A stretch of 64,000 bases of DNA from a virus, in the IMG/VR virus record IMGVR_UViG_3300031951_000034, positions 1 through 64,000 of that record. One strand, written 5' to 3'. Under the pieces are notes generated by a model. That model was not told the DNA's origin and did no database searches. It saw only the letters and a list, made by a program, of their open reading frames with translations. The number at the start of each line of letters is the position of its first letter. The stretch's first letter is position 1. Below are positions 17,859 through 27,860 of the stretch, piece by piece. The translations under genes and the position numbers were made by a program.

Positions 17859-20249
17859 ATGGCACAAAGAAATTCAACATCTCCTAGTTACAGATCGATG
17901 TCTGCTGGTATGCCATCGCCATCTGATCCCATCAATGCAACTAATAGCGATTATGTAGACAGAGAACCTAATCAATATGCACAGTTTTCTGTGATGATAG
18001 GAAGAGTAGTTGATAGCTGGCCAGAACATAATACTGCATTGGTGTCCGTTGGGTTTAATGCATACATTAGATGCGTTTATAATGCATCAATATTTGGCAG
18101 TGTAAGTGCTGTAACAGAGATTTATTCTCCGCAAATAGGTGATCATGTTATTGTTTCTAAGGCTCAAGATACGACATATGGTATAATTATTGCATCTGTT
18201 CTTATGCCTGGAGAGGCTATTAAAGGCTCTAAAATCACTCCATCAATATTTAAAGAATACAAGCAAACATTTTTTTCTATAGGCAAGCCATCTACATTTG
18301 ATTGTGATGAATTAAAATTAAATGCAGACCAAACATCTATCCCTAGCGATGTTATTCCTGGAGAGGTTTCTTCTATATCTGAAACTCATGTAGGTAGAGT
18401 ACAGGGTAAGTATTATTATAGAACTCAAGCTGGAAATCTTGTTTCTATAACTTTAAATTCAATAGATGATCTATTAGACGTAGTTGCCCATAATACTCAA
18501 ATATATAATTCATCATTTAGGTTAAGAGGGTTTTGCGACTATGGAAGAAGCAATCTTGAGATATTGTTTTCTCCTGACCTGAAATCGTTCGTTAAAGATC
18601 AAAGAAGCAATCACACAAACAAGATGACTTCTGGATGGCTTTCATCTGGTATCGGTCTAGAAACAAATAAAAGCGTCAAGCAGGGGACCTCTCATTCAGA
18701 TACATGGGTTGACGAACTAGGCATACAATCTGTCTGTACCACTTCTTCAGCGTGGATGCAAAAATTAAATGGTCTATATTTTCCTATACAGCAAAAACAA
18801 GAAGACGATTTAAATAACGAAGGGGATAAAGAAATATTTGACGCTGCACAAAGGAAGGGATTCAAAATATCTCCAGAGGATCAACATCCAGCTGCTTTTG
18901 GGTGTATGGCAAGAGACTATACGGCATGGCAAATGTCTGGGGGATATAGATTTAAGAGATACGAGAAATACGAAAAAGACTGGAAAGATCCAGAGCCAAA
19001 AGAGGGCAAAAAAAATGAAATGGGTGGGGGGCAATACTGCTCTTTTGGGAAGATTAACGTTATTAAGCAAGAAGTAGAGGGACTATCCGATTACCAGCAA
19101 TCAAGAGAGGGTGAAGCTTTTTGTGGTGTATTGCCGGATGGTTCAGTTTTACTGAGAGACGCATGGGGATCTAGCGTAGAGCTAAGAGGAGGAAAGCTTG
19201 TTTTAACCTCAGTAAAAGACATAGAAATAATATCAGGTAAAAATGTAATTGCACTAGCTGGAAATGACTTAGTATTAAAGGGCAAAAAATCAGCAGAAAT
19301 ACACACAACTGAACAAAACATTAGAATTAGATCCGGTAAACACACGTTAATAGATTCTAAAAAGGGCAGTATACAATTAACTGCATTAGATAGCGGTGGA
19401 GTAGATGTAATAGGAAAAACTGGAGATGAATACATTCCGTCAGGTATAGTGCTAAAAACTAATACAAATGTTTTGTCCAGAGCGCCTATAATCAATTCTG
19501 TTGCAGACGTAGCTGTCGCTATAATGGGACCAGAAAACAGTACTGGTCCATTTGTTTTAGTAAGATCTAGTGCATCTCTTCACTGGGCGGATACAGTTCA
19601 TTTTATGTATACTGAAACAGGCACGCCTCCAAAGAGAAAGGGTATGGTAATGGTTGGTGCTGGAAGTGTTCAATGCGGTCAATTTGGGGTTTTTGAGGAA
19701 ACTGCATATACCAAAGGATATTGCATGGCTGAAAAAAGCTTGATTGCTATAGACCATATTTTTACAAATGGAATACATGGCTCAAAAAGAAATTATCCAT
19801 TTGTTGTTCCGCTTAAGGATCCAATTAAGATACCTCCAGAAGAATATGAAAGATACGCAAAGTTTGGCGAAATATCTGAGGAGGTTCCACAAGTAAAGGT
19901 CATAGAAGATTGTAGAGCACCATGGGTAACTGAGGATTATCCAGAAATAGCATGGAGGTATAGAAAAATAAAAGAATATAACACTCTAGAGCATTTATGG
20001 TTTGAATCTTTTTGGCAAAGACAGTATAAAGATAATCTTAAAACTTGGGACCATTCATCAGATAAGGACATGTACAAAGAAATGGCATGGCCAGGAAAAG
20101 AATATCTAGATGGATCTAAACAGTGCTGGATAACATACAAAGAAAAGAATGTATCAGAAGACGGAACGCCAAAAATGTATAAGGAACAAACAGATGAGGG
20201 CGGAAGTTTTGAAAAATTAACATACCAAGATATAAAATATCACGCATAA
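17859..20249 (+). CDS. baseplate spike (gp5/VgrG-like)
   Basis: N-terminal OB-fold signature (IGRVVDSWPEHNTALV...PQIGDHVIV). Beta-helix-like repeats follow (VLLRDAWGSSVELRGGKLVLTSVKDIEIISGKN). Confidence 0.65.
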   Translation: MAQRNSTSPSYRSMSAGMPSPSDPINATNSDYVDREPNQYAQFSVMIGRVVDSWPEHNTALVSVGFNAYIRCVYNASIFGSVSAVTEIYSPQIGDHVIVSKAQDTTYGIIIASVLMPGEAIKGSKITPSIFKEYKQTFFSIGKPSTFDCDELKLNADQTSIPSDVIPGEVSSISETHVGRVQGKYYYRTQAGNLVSITLNSIDDLLDVVAHNTQIYNSSFRLRGFCDYGRSNLEILFSPDLKSFVKDQRSNHTNKMTSGWLSSGIGLETNKSVKQGTSHSDTWVDELGIQSVCTTSSAWMQKLNGLYFPIQQKQEDDLNNEGDKEIFDAAQRKGFKISPEDQHPAAFGCMARDYTAWQMSGGYRFKRYEKYEKDWKDPEPKEGKKNEMGGGQYCSFGKINVIKQEVEGLSDYQQSREGEAFCGVLPDGSVLLRDAWGSSVELRGGKLVLTSVKDIEIISGKNVIALAGNDLVLKGKKSAEIHTTEQNIRIRSGKHTLIDSKKGSIQLTALDSGGVDVIGKTGDEYIPSGIVLKTNTNVLSRAPIINSVADVAVAIMGPENSTGPFVLVRSSASLHWADTVHFMYTETGTPPKRKGMVMVGAGSVQCGQFGVFEETAYTKGYCMAEKSLIAIDHIFTNGIHGSKRNYPFVVPLKDPIKIPPEEYERYAKFGEISEEVPQVKVIEDCRAPWVTEDYPEIAWRYRKIKEYNTLEHLWFESFWQRQYKDNLKTWDHSSDKDMYKEMAWPGKEYLDGSKQCWITYKEKNVSEDGTPKMYKEQTDEGGSFEKLTYQDIKYHA

Positions 20250-20253
20250 AAAT

Positions 20254-20811
20254 ATGGAACAAAAAGAAACACTACAATCGATAAAAGAGTCAGCTATTCC
20301 TACTATAGAGGGTAATGAAACAACTAGCTCTTCTCTAAAGCTACCAAGACTAGAAATAACAGATAAAGATAGAGATCTTTACGCTGAGTGTTTAGCTACT
20401 GGAAACGTATTTAGACAGAAGTTTGAAAACACTAAGTTAAAAATTAATATAGAACTAAAAGATAAAACAAAAAAAGAGACAGACATCATCTCAAGACAGG
20501 TAGATAAAATATATAACGATGGACTACTATATTCAGTCCAAGAATATATAAATTTATTTAACTTAGGCTGTTTGTATTATCAATTGGCGTCAATTAACGG
20601 CGTAGAACAAATCAAAGAATATCCAGCCAGCGTATGGGAAATGAAAGACTTTAATTTATTGACCGCAATAGATAAAAGTCCGGTAGGGTCTCTTCCCTCT
20701 TCAAGTTTGTATATATTAATGGGGATGATGACACAATTTAACCAAAAACTTTACGATTTGGCAAAAGAAGCATTTGATGTAAATTTTTCGAAACCCGCAA
20801 AAGGTTCCTAA
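20254..20811 (+). CDS. tail assembly chaperone (G-like)
   Basis: 185 aa, upstream of the TMP. Ends just after an in-frame slippery heptamer. Confidence 0.7.
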   Translation: MEQKETLQSIKESAIPTIEGNETTSSSLKLPRLEITDKDRDLYAECLATGNVFRQKFENTKLKINIELKDKTKKETDIISRQVDKIYNDGLLYSVQEYINLFNLGCLYYQLASINGVEQIKEYPASVWEMKDFNLLTAIDKSPVGSLPSSSLYILMGMMTQFNQKLYDLAKEAFDVNFSKPAKGS

Positions 20812-20836
20812 CCAGACAGGCCTTTTTGCGGGGTTT
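20781..20836 (+). promoter_or_regulatory. programmed -1 ribosomal frameshift signal
   Basis: A-AAT-TTT heptamer (20781-20787) in correct phase, followed after 3 nt by the hairpin AAACCCGCAAAAGG...CCTTTTTGCGGGGTTT. The -1 frame is open to 21149. Confidence 0.8.
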
Positions 20837-21149
20837 GACTGGTAGTAGTAAGTCTGTTGAAGATATGCCGTTGCTGTATGAAAAGATACGGCTTGAGATG
20901 GCTCGTGGAGGTTTTGAGCACGAAAATTACATGGAGATACTCAAGACAAAGATAAATGTTTTAGGTGGAATGAATTTTATATCACCAGAAAACATAAATA
21001 AGGCAAATTCAAATAGAACTGAAAACTTCAATAAATTCATAGAGTCTTGCTACCCATACATAAAATTAGCGAAGCCAGAGGCCAAAAAAATGAAAACAAA
21101 TGAAGAGTTAATAGAAGAATATAAAAAGATGTTCCCCGACATGAAGTAA
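20784..21149 (+). CDS. -1 frame extension of the chaperone (GT-like, ~298 aa fusion from 20254)
   Basis: The track ORF 20826..21149 has only a TTG start. Its frame is reached exactly by -1 slippage (FFETRKRFLTRQAFLRGLTG...). Confidence 0.75.
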   Translation, partial: FFETRKRFLTRQAFLRGLTGSSKSVEDMPLLYEKIRLEMARGGFEHENYMEILKTKINVLGGMNFISPENINKANSNRTENFNKFIESCYPYIKLAKPEAKKMKTNEELIEEYKKMFPDMK

Positions 21150-21206
21150 TAAACTGTTTATTAATTTTGTCTTTCTGGTTAAATAAATAAAAGATATAGT
21201 AATATA

Positions 21207-24200
21207 GTGAATCCATATAGCATATTAGATAACCAAAGGGTCCCAGGTTTTGGTGGTGGAGTGAACCCAGAAATTCCACCTGGAGTTAATTTGCCATACG
21301 GTTATCCATCGTTCTCAGCTATAGACAGAGCAAGAAATGCCGCAAACTCTGGGTTTGCACCAGCTTCGTCAATAGCTACAGGAAATCCGATGTTCGATAC
21401 GATGATAAATTTAATGATGTCATCGTTTAATGGTGGAAGGCCAATGCTAGGTACATTTAAGAGGCCAACAGTATCGGATTATCAGCAAACCTCAATGCAG
21501 GAAAGATACAGGGTTTTTGACTTAGCTAAACCATCACTACTTGCAGCAAATCCAATGTTAGCTGAATTAGGCGACATAGGACAAAATAGATTGTTCCAGG
21601 AGTTCATGGACCAATATACACCAGGCGGAAGTATGACTGATGCATTCGGCGTAGTGATGGGGAATTTTACTGAAAATATGGCTGGTCCTGGTATTAGGAA
21701 TGCAGAAGCAAATGCCATACACGCAGCAAACATAGTTAGGAATGTTAGCAATGGAATGTCAGACAAAGATGGACAGTGGGATTATTTTAAATCTCACGGT
21801 TTCAATAGAGCAGAAACATTCCAGAATATGGCTGCATTTAATAAAAAGTTTGGTGGTTATGTTGGTGAAATAACTGATCGATCACAGCAAGCAAAAGATA
21901 ATAATTTATCTAAATTAGCTGGAGAGGTATTAAAAAGGCCATCTCTTCCTTATGGTCCAACCCCACAGAGAGTACAGGAAATAGATCAGGCAAGAAAAGA
22001 TCATGCAAGGGCACAAAACATTTTATCTAACCAGACGTTAGATATACCAACTCCAAAGGTAAACGTAACAGAACCAGTTAAACTAGCTAGAGATGTTATA
22101 GAGAGAGCAGACAGAGAAGGAAAACTAACAGTAGAGGATAAAGAGGAAATATCTAAATATTCTGAAGCTCTTAATGCAATAAATACATTAAACCAGCAAA
22201 ATACTGAGAACGTTAAGAATACTGAAAATCAAGAAAATATTACTAATACTGAGAACGTTACCAATACTACAAATACCACAAACGCTACAAATAAAACAGA
22301 TAAAGTAGAAGAAATAATAAAAAAAATAGATGAAAGAGTTGGGGTAAACACCCCAGAAATGCCCGAAACGCCAGTTGAAATAGATGATACCCCAAAGTTA
22401 GATACAACTATTAATCAGGTACAAAAAATAATTGAAAAGCATGGGACTAAACAAGAGATAGAGACTTTTAATAACCAAAAGGAGACCATACTTAAGCAGT
22501 CTAAAAGATCTGTAGATATAACAGAACCATCCAAATTAGTTAGAGATGTACTGTCAAGAGCGGACCAAGAGGGAAGAATAACCGAGCAAGACGCAAATAA
22601 AATACAAGAAGAGTCACCCAAAATTATCAATGCTATTAGTAAGGTTCCGGGAACTCAACCAAGGGTAAGCACAGAATCAAGAAATAAAGCAACTAGCACT
22701 TTAGACCAACTATCTAATATTGTAGAAAAATTTGGCACAGACGACGAGAAAACTAAATTTAAGCAGGAACTACAAAAAATAAGTAAAACAGATAAAATCC
22801 TTGTAAACGATAGTATAGCTGAAAAAGAAAAAATACAAAAAAACGAAAGTGATAGATTATCTGAAATAAATTCAAATTTCTCTTCCGAGATAGAACAATT
22901 ATCTACAGAGGAAAAAAAACAAGATTTTAGGCAAAAAGTACAAGAACTTACTGGTTCAAACTTAAAGGCTATAGACAAAAAAATAGATTCCGATTTTTCG
23001 GGTATCATAGACGAGATAGAGCAACCAGAAAAGAAAGAAGAATTTAGACAAAAATTACGAAAAGTTGCTTTTTCTGATAAGGGAAAATTAAAAGAAGAAA
23101 AATCTAGTACGGAAACTCCTAGAATAGAAAATGAATTTTCTGACATCATCGGTAAAATACAGGAGCCAGAAAAGAAAAAGCAGTTCATAGAGAGTGTTAA
23201 AAAAATAAGTGAATCCAAAACAAATGAGATGGATTCAAATATAAACAAAACAATTTCAGAAACCCCTCAAATACTGGAAACACCAAAAGAGGAGCAGCAA
23301 CAAATCAAAGATAGATTTAAAAAATTCGCTGAATCATCTGCGTCAGAAAAAAGCAGCAATTCAGAAGATATATATAATCAATCCAAGTATCATGAGAAAG
23401 AATTTGCTGATATTATCAATAATCTTCCAGAGGAACAAAAACAGCAATTTAGTCAAAAAATACAAGGCTTAACTGAGTTTGGATCAAATAATATACAGGA
23501 ACAAGAACGCAAAATAAAAGAAAGTTTCCCTGAAATAATTGAAAAATTAGACACACAAGAGAAAAAACAAAATTTTGTATCTAGGGTCCAAGATATTCAA
23601 AACTATGAACAAAATAAAACATCACAACAAAAATATTCTGATACAGGTGGCTTGGATTTAATTGGAGAACTGGATTCACCAAAAGAAAAGCAAGAATTTA
23701 GTCAAAAAATGCAGGAGATAGATAGACAGTCTCCAGCGCAGAAAAGCGAAGGATTTTCATCGAAGCTTAATCCTTTTAGAGAAAAAGAGGTAAAGCAGAT
23801 AGATATAACCGCACCTACTGCTCTAGCAAAAAATGCTGTAGATAGGGCCAGAAAAAATAATATTATATCTGAGAGAGACGAGAAAGATCTTTCATATTAC
23901 TCTGACGCAAATGAGGCTATTAACACTCTTTCTTCAATGGAGGAAAGTCAAAAGGAGAAAGATAGGAACTCTAGGGTGAACGTAGCGCCTGGACAGGATC
24001 TTGATAGCCACTTATCTGAATATGAAGTTGCTATTAAAAAATACGGGACACCAGAAGAACAAAAAACTTTTGAGGAGCAAAAAAATAAGATAATTGAATC
24101 AACAACAGTTGATTTAACCGATACGGCAAAATTAGTTAAACAGGTGATGCAGAGAAAATCTGAATTACCTAAAGACGATAAAGCTAAACAAGAAAAGGCA

Positions 24201-26630
24201 AAAGAAGCTGAAAAATTAGTCAAGCAATTAGATGAAACTGGAACAGTCACAAGAAGAAATGATGAATCATTAGTTAAAACGATTGATGACGTTTCAGAGG
24301 TTGTTAATTCTATTGGGACAGAACAAGAAAAGAAAGAATTCGCCAAACAATCAAGTAGCGTAAAGAAAAAACTAGGAATACAAGAAAGCAACTCAACAAT
24401 TAGTTCTGAAAAAGAAATAGACATAAGTGATCCAACTAAGCTAGTTAGGGGAATAGTTGAAAGAGCAGATAAAGAAGGCAGAATAGGAAATAAAGAAAGA
24501 GAAGAAATATCCTCTTATACTGAGGCCGTTGACGCTTTGACAAAAGCCAAGAAACAAGAAGAAACTAAAACGAAGACAGATACAGACAAAAAATCAAGCA
24601 ATGTATCTGTGACAGGCGAAGAAAAACTTAGAGCGACATTAGATCAATTCTCAAAAATAGCTTTAAAGCTTGGCACTGAAAACGAAGTGAGACAGCTTAG
24701 ACAGCAATCAGACACTATAGTACGAGAAAATAATGACAAGGTAGAGCAGGCAAGAAATACCGAAAAAAATATAATAGAGAAATTCGGTTCAGAGAAAGAC
24801 ATAAAAGAAGCTAAAAAAATAACCGAAAATATACCAAGCTCTGGGCTACAATCTCTATCCGAGACAAGAACTCCACAGAATGCAAAAGAGCAAGACAAAC
24901 AGGTAGAAGATATAAGCGAGCTTAATAGCATGGTTAGGGAAGCTCAAAACGTTTTCGGTTCAGATACTGGTCTAGGTGAACTAATGGATAGGGTAGGAGA
25001 TCTTGTCGAGGGGGCATCAGGAATGTCTACAGGAAAGGTAAGAGACTTACTGCAAAAAATACAAGCTACCGCTGTTGTTGTTGATATGAGTAACGAAGCA
25101 ATTGCTAGGTATTTCGAAGTGACAAATGAGATGTACAAAGGAATGGGTGTGAAGGGGGGCAATCACACAAATATGGCTCAAAACGCATTAATCGCTGCAA
25201 AAGGCGTTACAGATGCAAGAAAGAAAGAAGCTCAGGCCAAGGGTGAAATGTATACAGGTGAATCTACCGAAGAAATGGCCGTTAAAATAGCTGAATACCA
25301 AGGAAGAGTGGCTAGATCATCAGAAAACCAGGATTTAGCTGCTGCACTTGCTACTCTTGGGACAGAGGGGGAAGAAGGTAGAGTAGGCCAAGAAATGAAG
25401 CAAGCAATGGACGCAGGAGACTTCAAAAAAGCCAGAGAAATAAAAGAACAAGCTATTTCATCCGGTAGAATATCCAAAAATACTGAATTGATGATGTCTA
25501 TAAGGTCAGCTGAATATGAAAAAAATGGTGGTGTATCAGAAAATGACTATAAACTTATACAGTCAAAATATGGAATGGATGGCGACTATTTCAAGAACTT
25601 GACGGGGGAAAATTATGAATTTGTCCGTAAACAAGTATACGGGAACATAGCCGACACGATACTTGGATCAAGAAATGATTCAATTTACGCCAGTACGATA
25701 GAGGAAACTGGGGTCGGGAAAGAGGGCACCGCAAAATTAAGGGAAGCTATATCAGATGGCAAAATAACACAGGAAGACATTACAGATGATAAAAAGTTAA
25801 AACAAAAAATATCTGAAATATTGCCAACAGCAAACCAAGAACAAATTCAACAAATTGCAGGGACAATTGGTACCGCATCTAACCAGGGTAATGTTGTAGA
25901 TCAATTTAAGGTAGCTGGAAGTGAAGAGGCAATGAAAGAGATAGCAAATATAAACAGGGAAAGAGCGGAAGTGGACGCGGAAGTTAAGCATGTAAATGAG
26001 ACAAGAGGTCCCTTACTCAGGGATTTTAATATAGGAGAAAAGGCAATGGGTGTGATGTCTAAGGTCTATAAGGACTTAAAAAAAGAGGGCAATGAGGACG
26101 GGCAAATTAGTTTCGAAAGCGTTGTGAGGTCGGCTAAGGGCCAACTTGGCGATTACGACAAAATGACAGCCAAAGAAAAGGAAATAGGAGAAGCTCAATT
26201 AGATTTAGTAACAGGAAAGGGTGGAAAACTTGTCGAGATGCACTCCACGGCAAAACAAGAAGCACATGAAGAAGCAGTAAAGGAAGTAGCTAAAATAGAA
26301 AAAAGCGGTACAAAATTAAGTGAAGAAACGAAAAAGAAATACACTGAAGAATACGAAAATAAAATATTCGAAGAAAAGAAAAGTAAAATAGCCGAAGAAC
26401 TTGAAAACGGAAAAGTAAAATTACAAGGAGAGGAAGCGGAAAAAGAAAAGAAAAATGATTTCGACCCCAAAAATGCATTAGATAGAATATTAACAGCATT
26501 AGAGGGAATAGCTGGTAAGCTTGGGGTTGAGACGAATAAAGCTTCTTCAAAGAGTTCTACTGGTGGGGCGGAAAGCAAAACAGAAAACAATGGATCATGG
26601 TGGAACCCATTTGATCCAAGACCAAAATAA
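21207..26630 (+). CDS. tape measure protein
   Basis: 1807 aa, helical and repeat-rich, GTG start, directly after the G/GT chaperone pair. Confidence 0.8.
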   Translation: MNPYSILDNQRVPGFGGGVNPEIPPGVNLPYGYPSFSAIDRARNAANSGFAPASSIATGNPMFDTMINLMMSSFNGGRPMLGTFKRPTVSDYQQTSMQERYRVFDLAKPSLLAANPMLAELGDIGQNRLFQEFMDQYTPGGSMTDAFGVVMGNFTENMAGPGIRNAEANAIHAANIVRNVSNGMSDKDGQWDYFKSHGFNRAETFQNMAAFNKKFGGYVGEITDRSQQAKDNNLSKLAGEVLKRPSLPYGPTPQRVQEIDQARKDHARAQNILSNQTLDIPTPKVNVTEPVKLARDVIERADREGKLTVEDKEEISKYSEALNAINTLNQQNTENVKNTENQENITNTENVTNTTNTTNATNKTDKVEEIIKKIDERVGVNTPEMPETPVEIDDTPKLDTTINQVQKIIEKHGTKQEIETFNNQKETILKQSKRSVDITEPSKLVRDVLSRADQEGRITEQDANKIQEESPKIINAISKVPGTQPRVSTESRNKATSTLDQLSNIVEKFGTDDEKTKFKQELQKISKTDKILVNDSIAEKEKIQKNESDRLSEINSNFSSEIEQLSTEEKKQDFRQKVQELTGSNLKAIDKKIDSDFSGIIDEIEQPEKKEEFRQKLRKVAFSDKGKLKEEKSSTETPRIENEFSDIIGKIQEPEKKKQFIESVKKISESKTNEMDSNINKTISETPQILETPKEEQQQIKDRFKKFAESSASEKSSNSEDIYNQSKYHEKEFADIINNLPEEQKQQFSQKIQGLTEFGSNNIQEQERKIKESFPEIIEKLDTQEKKQNFVSRVQDIQNYEQNKTSQQKYSDTGGLDLIGELDSPKEKQEFSQKMQEIDRQSPAQKSEGFSSKLNPFREKEVKQIDITAPTALAKNAVDRARKNNIISERDEKDLSYYSDANEAINTLSSMEESQKEKDRNSRVNVAPGQDLDSHLSEYEVAIKKYGTPEEQKTFEEQKNKIIESTTVDLTDTAKLVKQVMQRKSELPKDDKAKQEKAKEAEKLVKQLDETGTVTRRNDESLVKTIDDVSEVVNSIGTEQEKKEFAKQSSSVKKKLGIQESNSTISSEKEIDISDPTKLVRGIVERADKEGRIGNKEREEISSYTEAVDALTKAKKQEETKTKTDTDKKSSNVSVTGEEKLRATLDQFSKIALKLGTENEVRQLRQQSDTIVRENNDKVEQARNTEKNIIEKFGSEKDIKEAKKITENIPSSGLQSLSETRTPQNAKEQDKQVEDISELNSMVREAQNVFGSDTGLGELMDRVGDLVEGASGMSTGKVRDLLQKIQATAVVVDMSNEAIARYFEVTNEMYKGMGVKGGNHTNMAQNALIAAKGVTDARKKEAQAKGEMYTGESTEEMAVKIAEYQGRVARSSENQDLAAALATLGTEGEEGRVGQEMKQAMDAGDFKKAREIKEQAISSGRISKNTELMMSIRSAEYEKNGGVSENDYKLIQSKYGMDGDYFKNLTGENYEFVRKQVYGNIADTILGSRNDSIYASTIEETGVGKEGTAKLREAISDGKITQEDITDDKKLKQKISEILPTANQEQIQQIAGTIGTASNQGNVVDQFKVAGSEEAMKEIANINRERAEVDAEVKHVNETRGPLLRDFNIGEKAMGVMSKVYKDLKKEGNEDGQISFESVVRSAKGQLGDYDKMTAKEKEIGEAQLDLVTGKGGKLVEMHSTAKQEAHEEAVKEVAKIEKSGTKLSEETKKKYTEEYENKIFEEKKSKIAEELENGKVKLQGEEAEKEKKNDFDPKNALDRILTALEGIAGKLGVETNKASSKSSTGGAESKTENNGSWWNPFDPRPK

Positions 26631-26644
26631 TAAAATCATAAAAT

Positions 26645-27097
26645 ATGGGCGATATATTAGTTGCGCAAAGAGGACATATAATAAAAAGCAAAGACAAAAG
26701 GATTGTGATTGCTAGTCTTAACCCATCTATATCTGGAGAGGGTGAGATTCTTGTTGTATCTAACGTATCAATAGCCAGAAACCAGGTTACACAGTACGTA
26801 AAAACTCTTGACGACAAAACTTTCGGATATGCCTGGGGCGAAGGAGTTGGAGCAATACGTGTTAGTGGCTACATATTTTTGATGGAGTGTGCATCTCCTA
26901 AGGGAGATGGGGTAGCTAACGTAGATCAGTATTATGACAAAAATAATGTGTATACAAAGGGTGGTCCATGTACTTTGTCTATTGGTGGAGCATCATGGAT
27001 TGGGTATCTAGAAAGAGAGACACTAGATTTGCAGATGACTCAATTTAATTTTGGTCAATTTAGTTTAGATTTCTCAATAATTAAAACAACCTCCTAA
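26645..27097 (+). CDS. tail tube initiator / tube-fold baseplate protein
   Basis: 150 aa after the TMP. Tube-like beta pattern (VSNVSIARNQVTQYVKTL...YAWGEGVGAIRVSG). Confidence 0.55.
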   Translation: MGDILVAQRGHIIKSKDKRIVIASLNPSISGEGEILVVSNVSIARNQVTQYVKTLDDKTFGYAWGEGVGAIRVSGYIFLMECASPKGDGVANVDQYYDKNNVYTKGGPCTLSIGGASWIGYLERETLDLQMTQFNFGQFSLDFSIIKTTS

Positions 27098-27098
27098 A

Positions 27099-27860
27099 AT
27101 GGTAGAAGAAATTAGAACATACTTACTAAACGATAATAGTTTTTCTGATATAACTTATATCGATAAAAATTATTCTCCCGTTAAGCTTAGCAAACTGTTT
27201 TCAGAGTTTAGAAATTGCTTGCTTATCGGCAATAACCAGACTGAGCCGGAAATTCAAGTCTGGAGAGCTGACACGATAATTGATGCTATATATAGAGACA
27301 GAGATCTCTCAAAAATAGCTTTCAAGAATTTTGACAACAGACGAATACCATCAAAAAACTTAAACGAAACAAATTTTTTACCTACAATTAAGCAAAGCTT
27401 TTACGACGATAGAGTATTGATAAAATTGGACTCAGAAACTTCACCTCAAGACGGAATTTATAATAAGACAGTATCGCTTAAAAAAATATCTAACAATATA
27501 TTGAAGGTATCATTTAAGTCTAAATATAGTAACTTAAATACAGACAAACAATTAGTATTTACATTTAAGGGTAATATATCTAATTTTTCATATATACCGG
27601 AAACAAGAATAAGAATTGGTTTATCAAATTGTTCACAAATACCATTTGATTTACTACAGATAAAAATAAAATATCCTTATTTTTTTAACTTAAACAACTT
27701 AATTGACAATATTAATCAGATTGGTGGAGTAGAAGAGCTAATATGGATAAACAAAAAAGCGTATGAAGAAGTATTTAATATATATTCAAGAACAGATAGA
27801 CCATACAAAAAAATGTTGTGTTTACTGCTTGCTTACGCTATCTCATTAAAATGGCAATAA
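27099..27860 (+). CDS. hypothetical baseplate-region protein
   Basis: 253-aa ORF tightly packed in the baseplate operon. Confidence 0.5.
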   Translation: MVEEIRTYLLNDNSFSDITYIDKNYSPVKLSKLFSEFRNCLLIGNNQTEPEIQVWRADTIIDAIYRDRDLSKIAFKNFDNRRIPSKNLNETNFLPTIKQSFYDDRVLIKLDSETSPQDGIYNKTVSLKKISNNILKVSFKSKYSNLNTDKQLVFTFKGNISNFSYIPETRIRIGLSNCSQIPFDLLQIKIKYPYFFNLNNLIDNINQIGGVEELIWINKKAYEEVFNIYSRTDRPYKKMLCLLLAYAISLKWQ

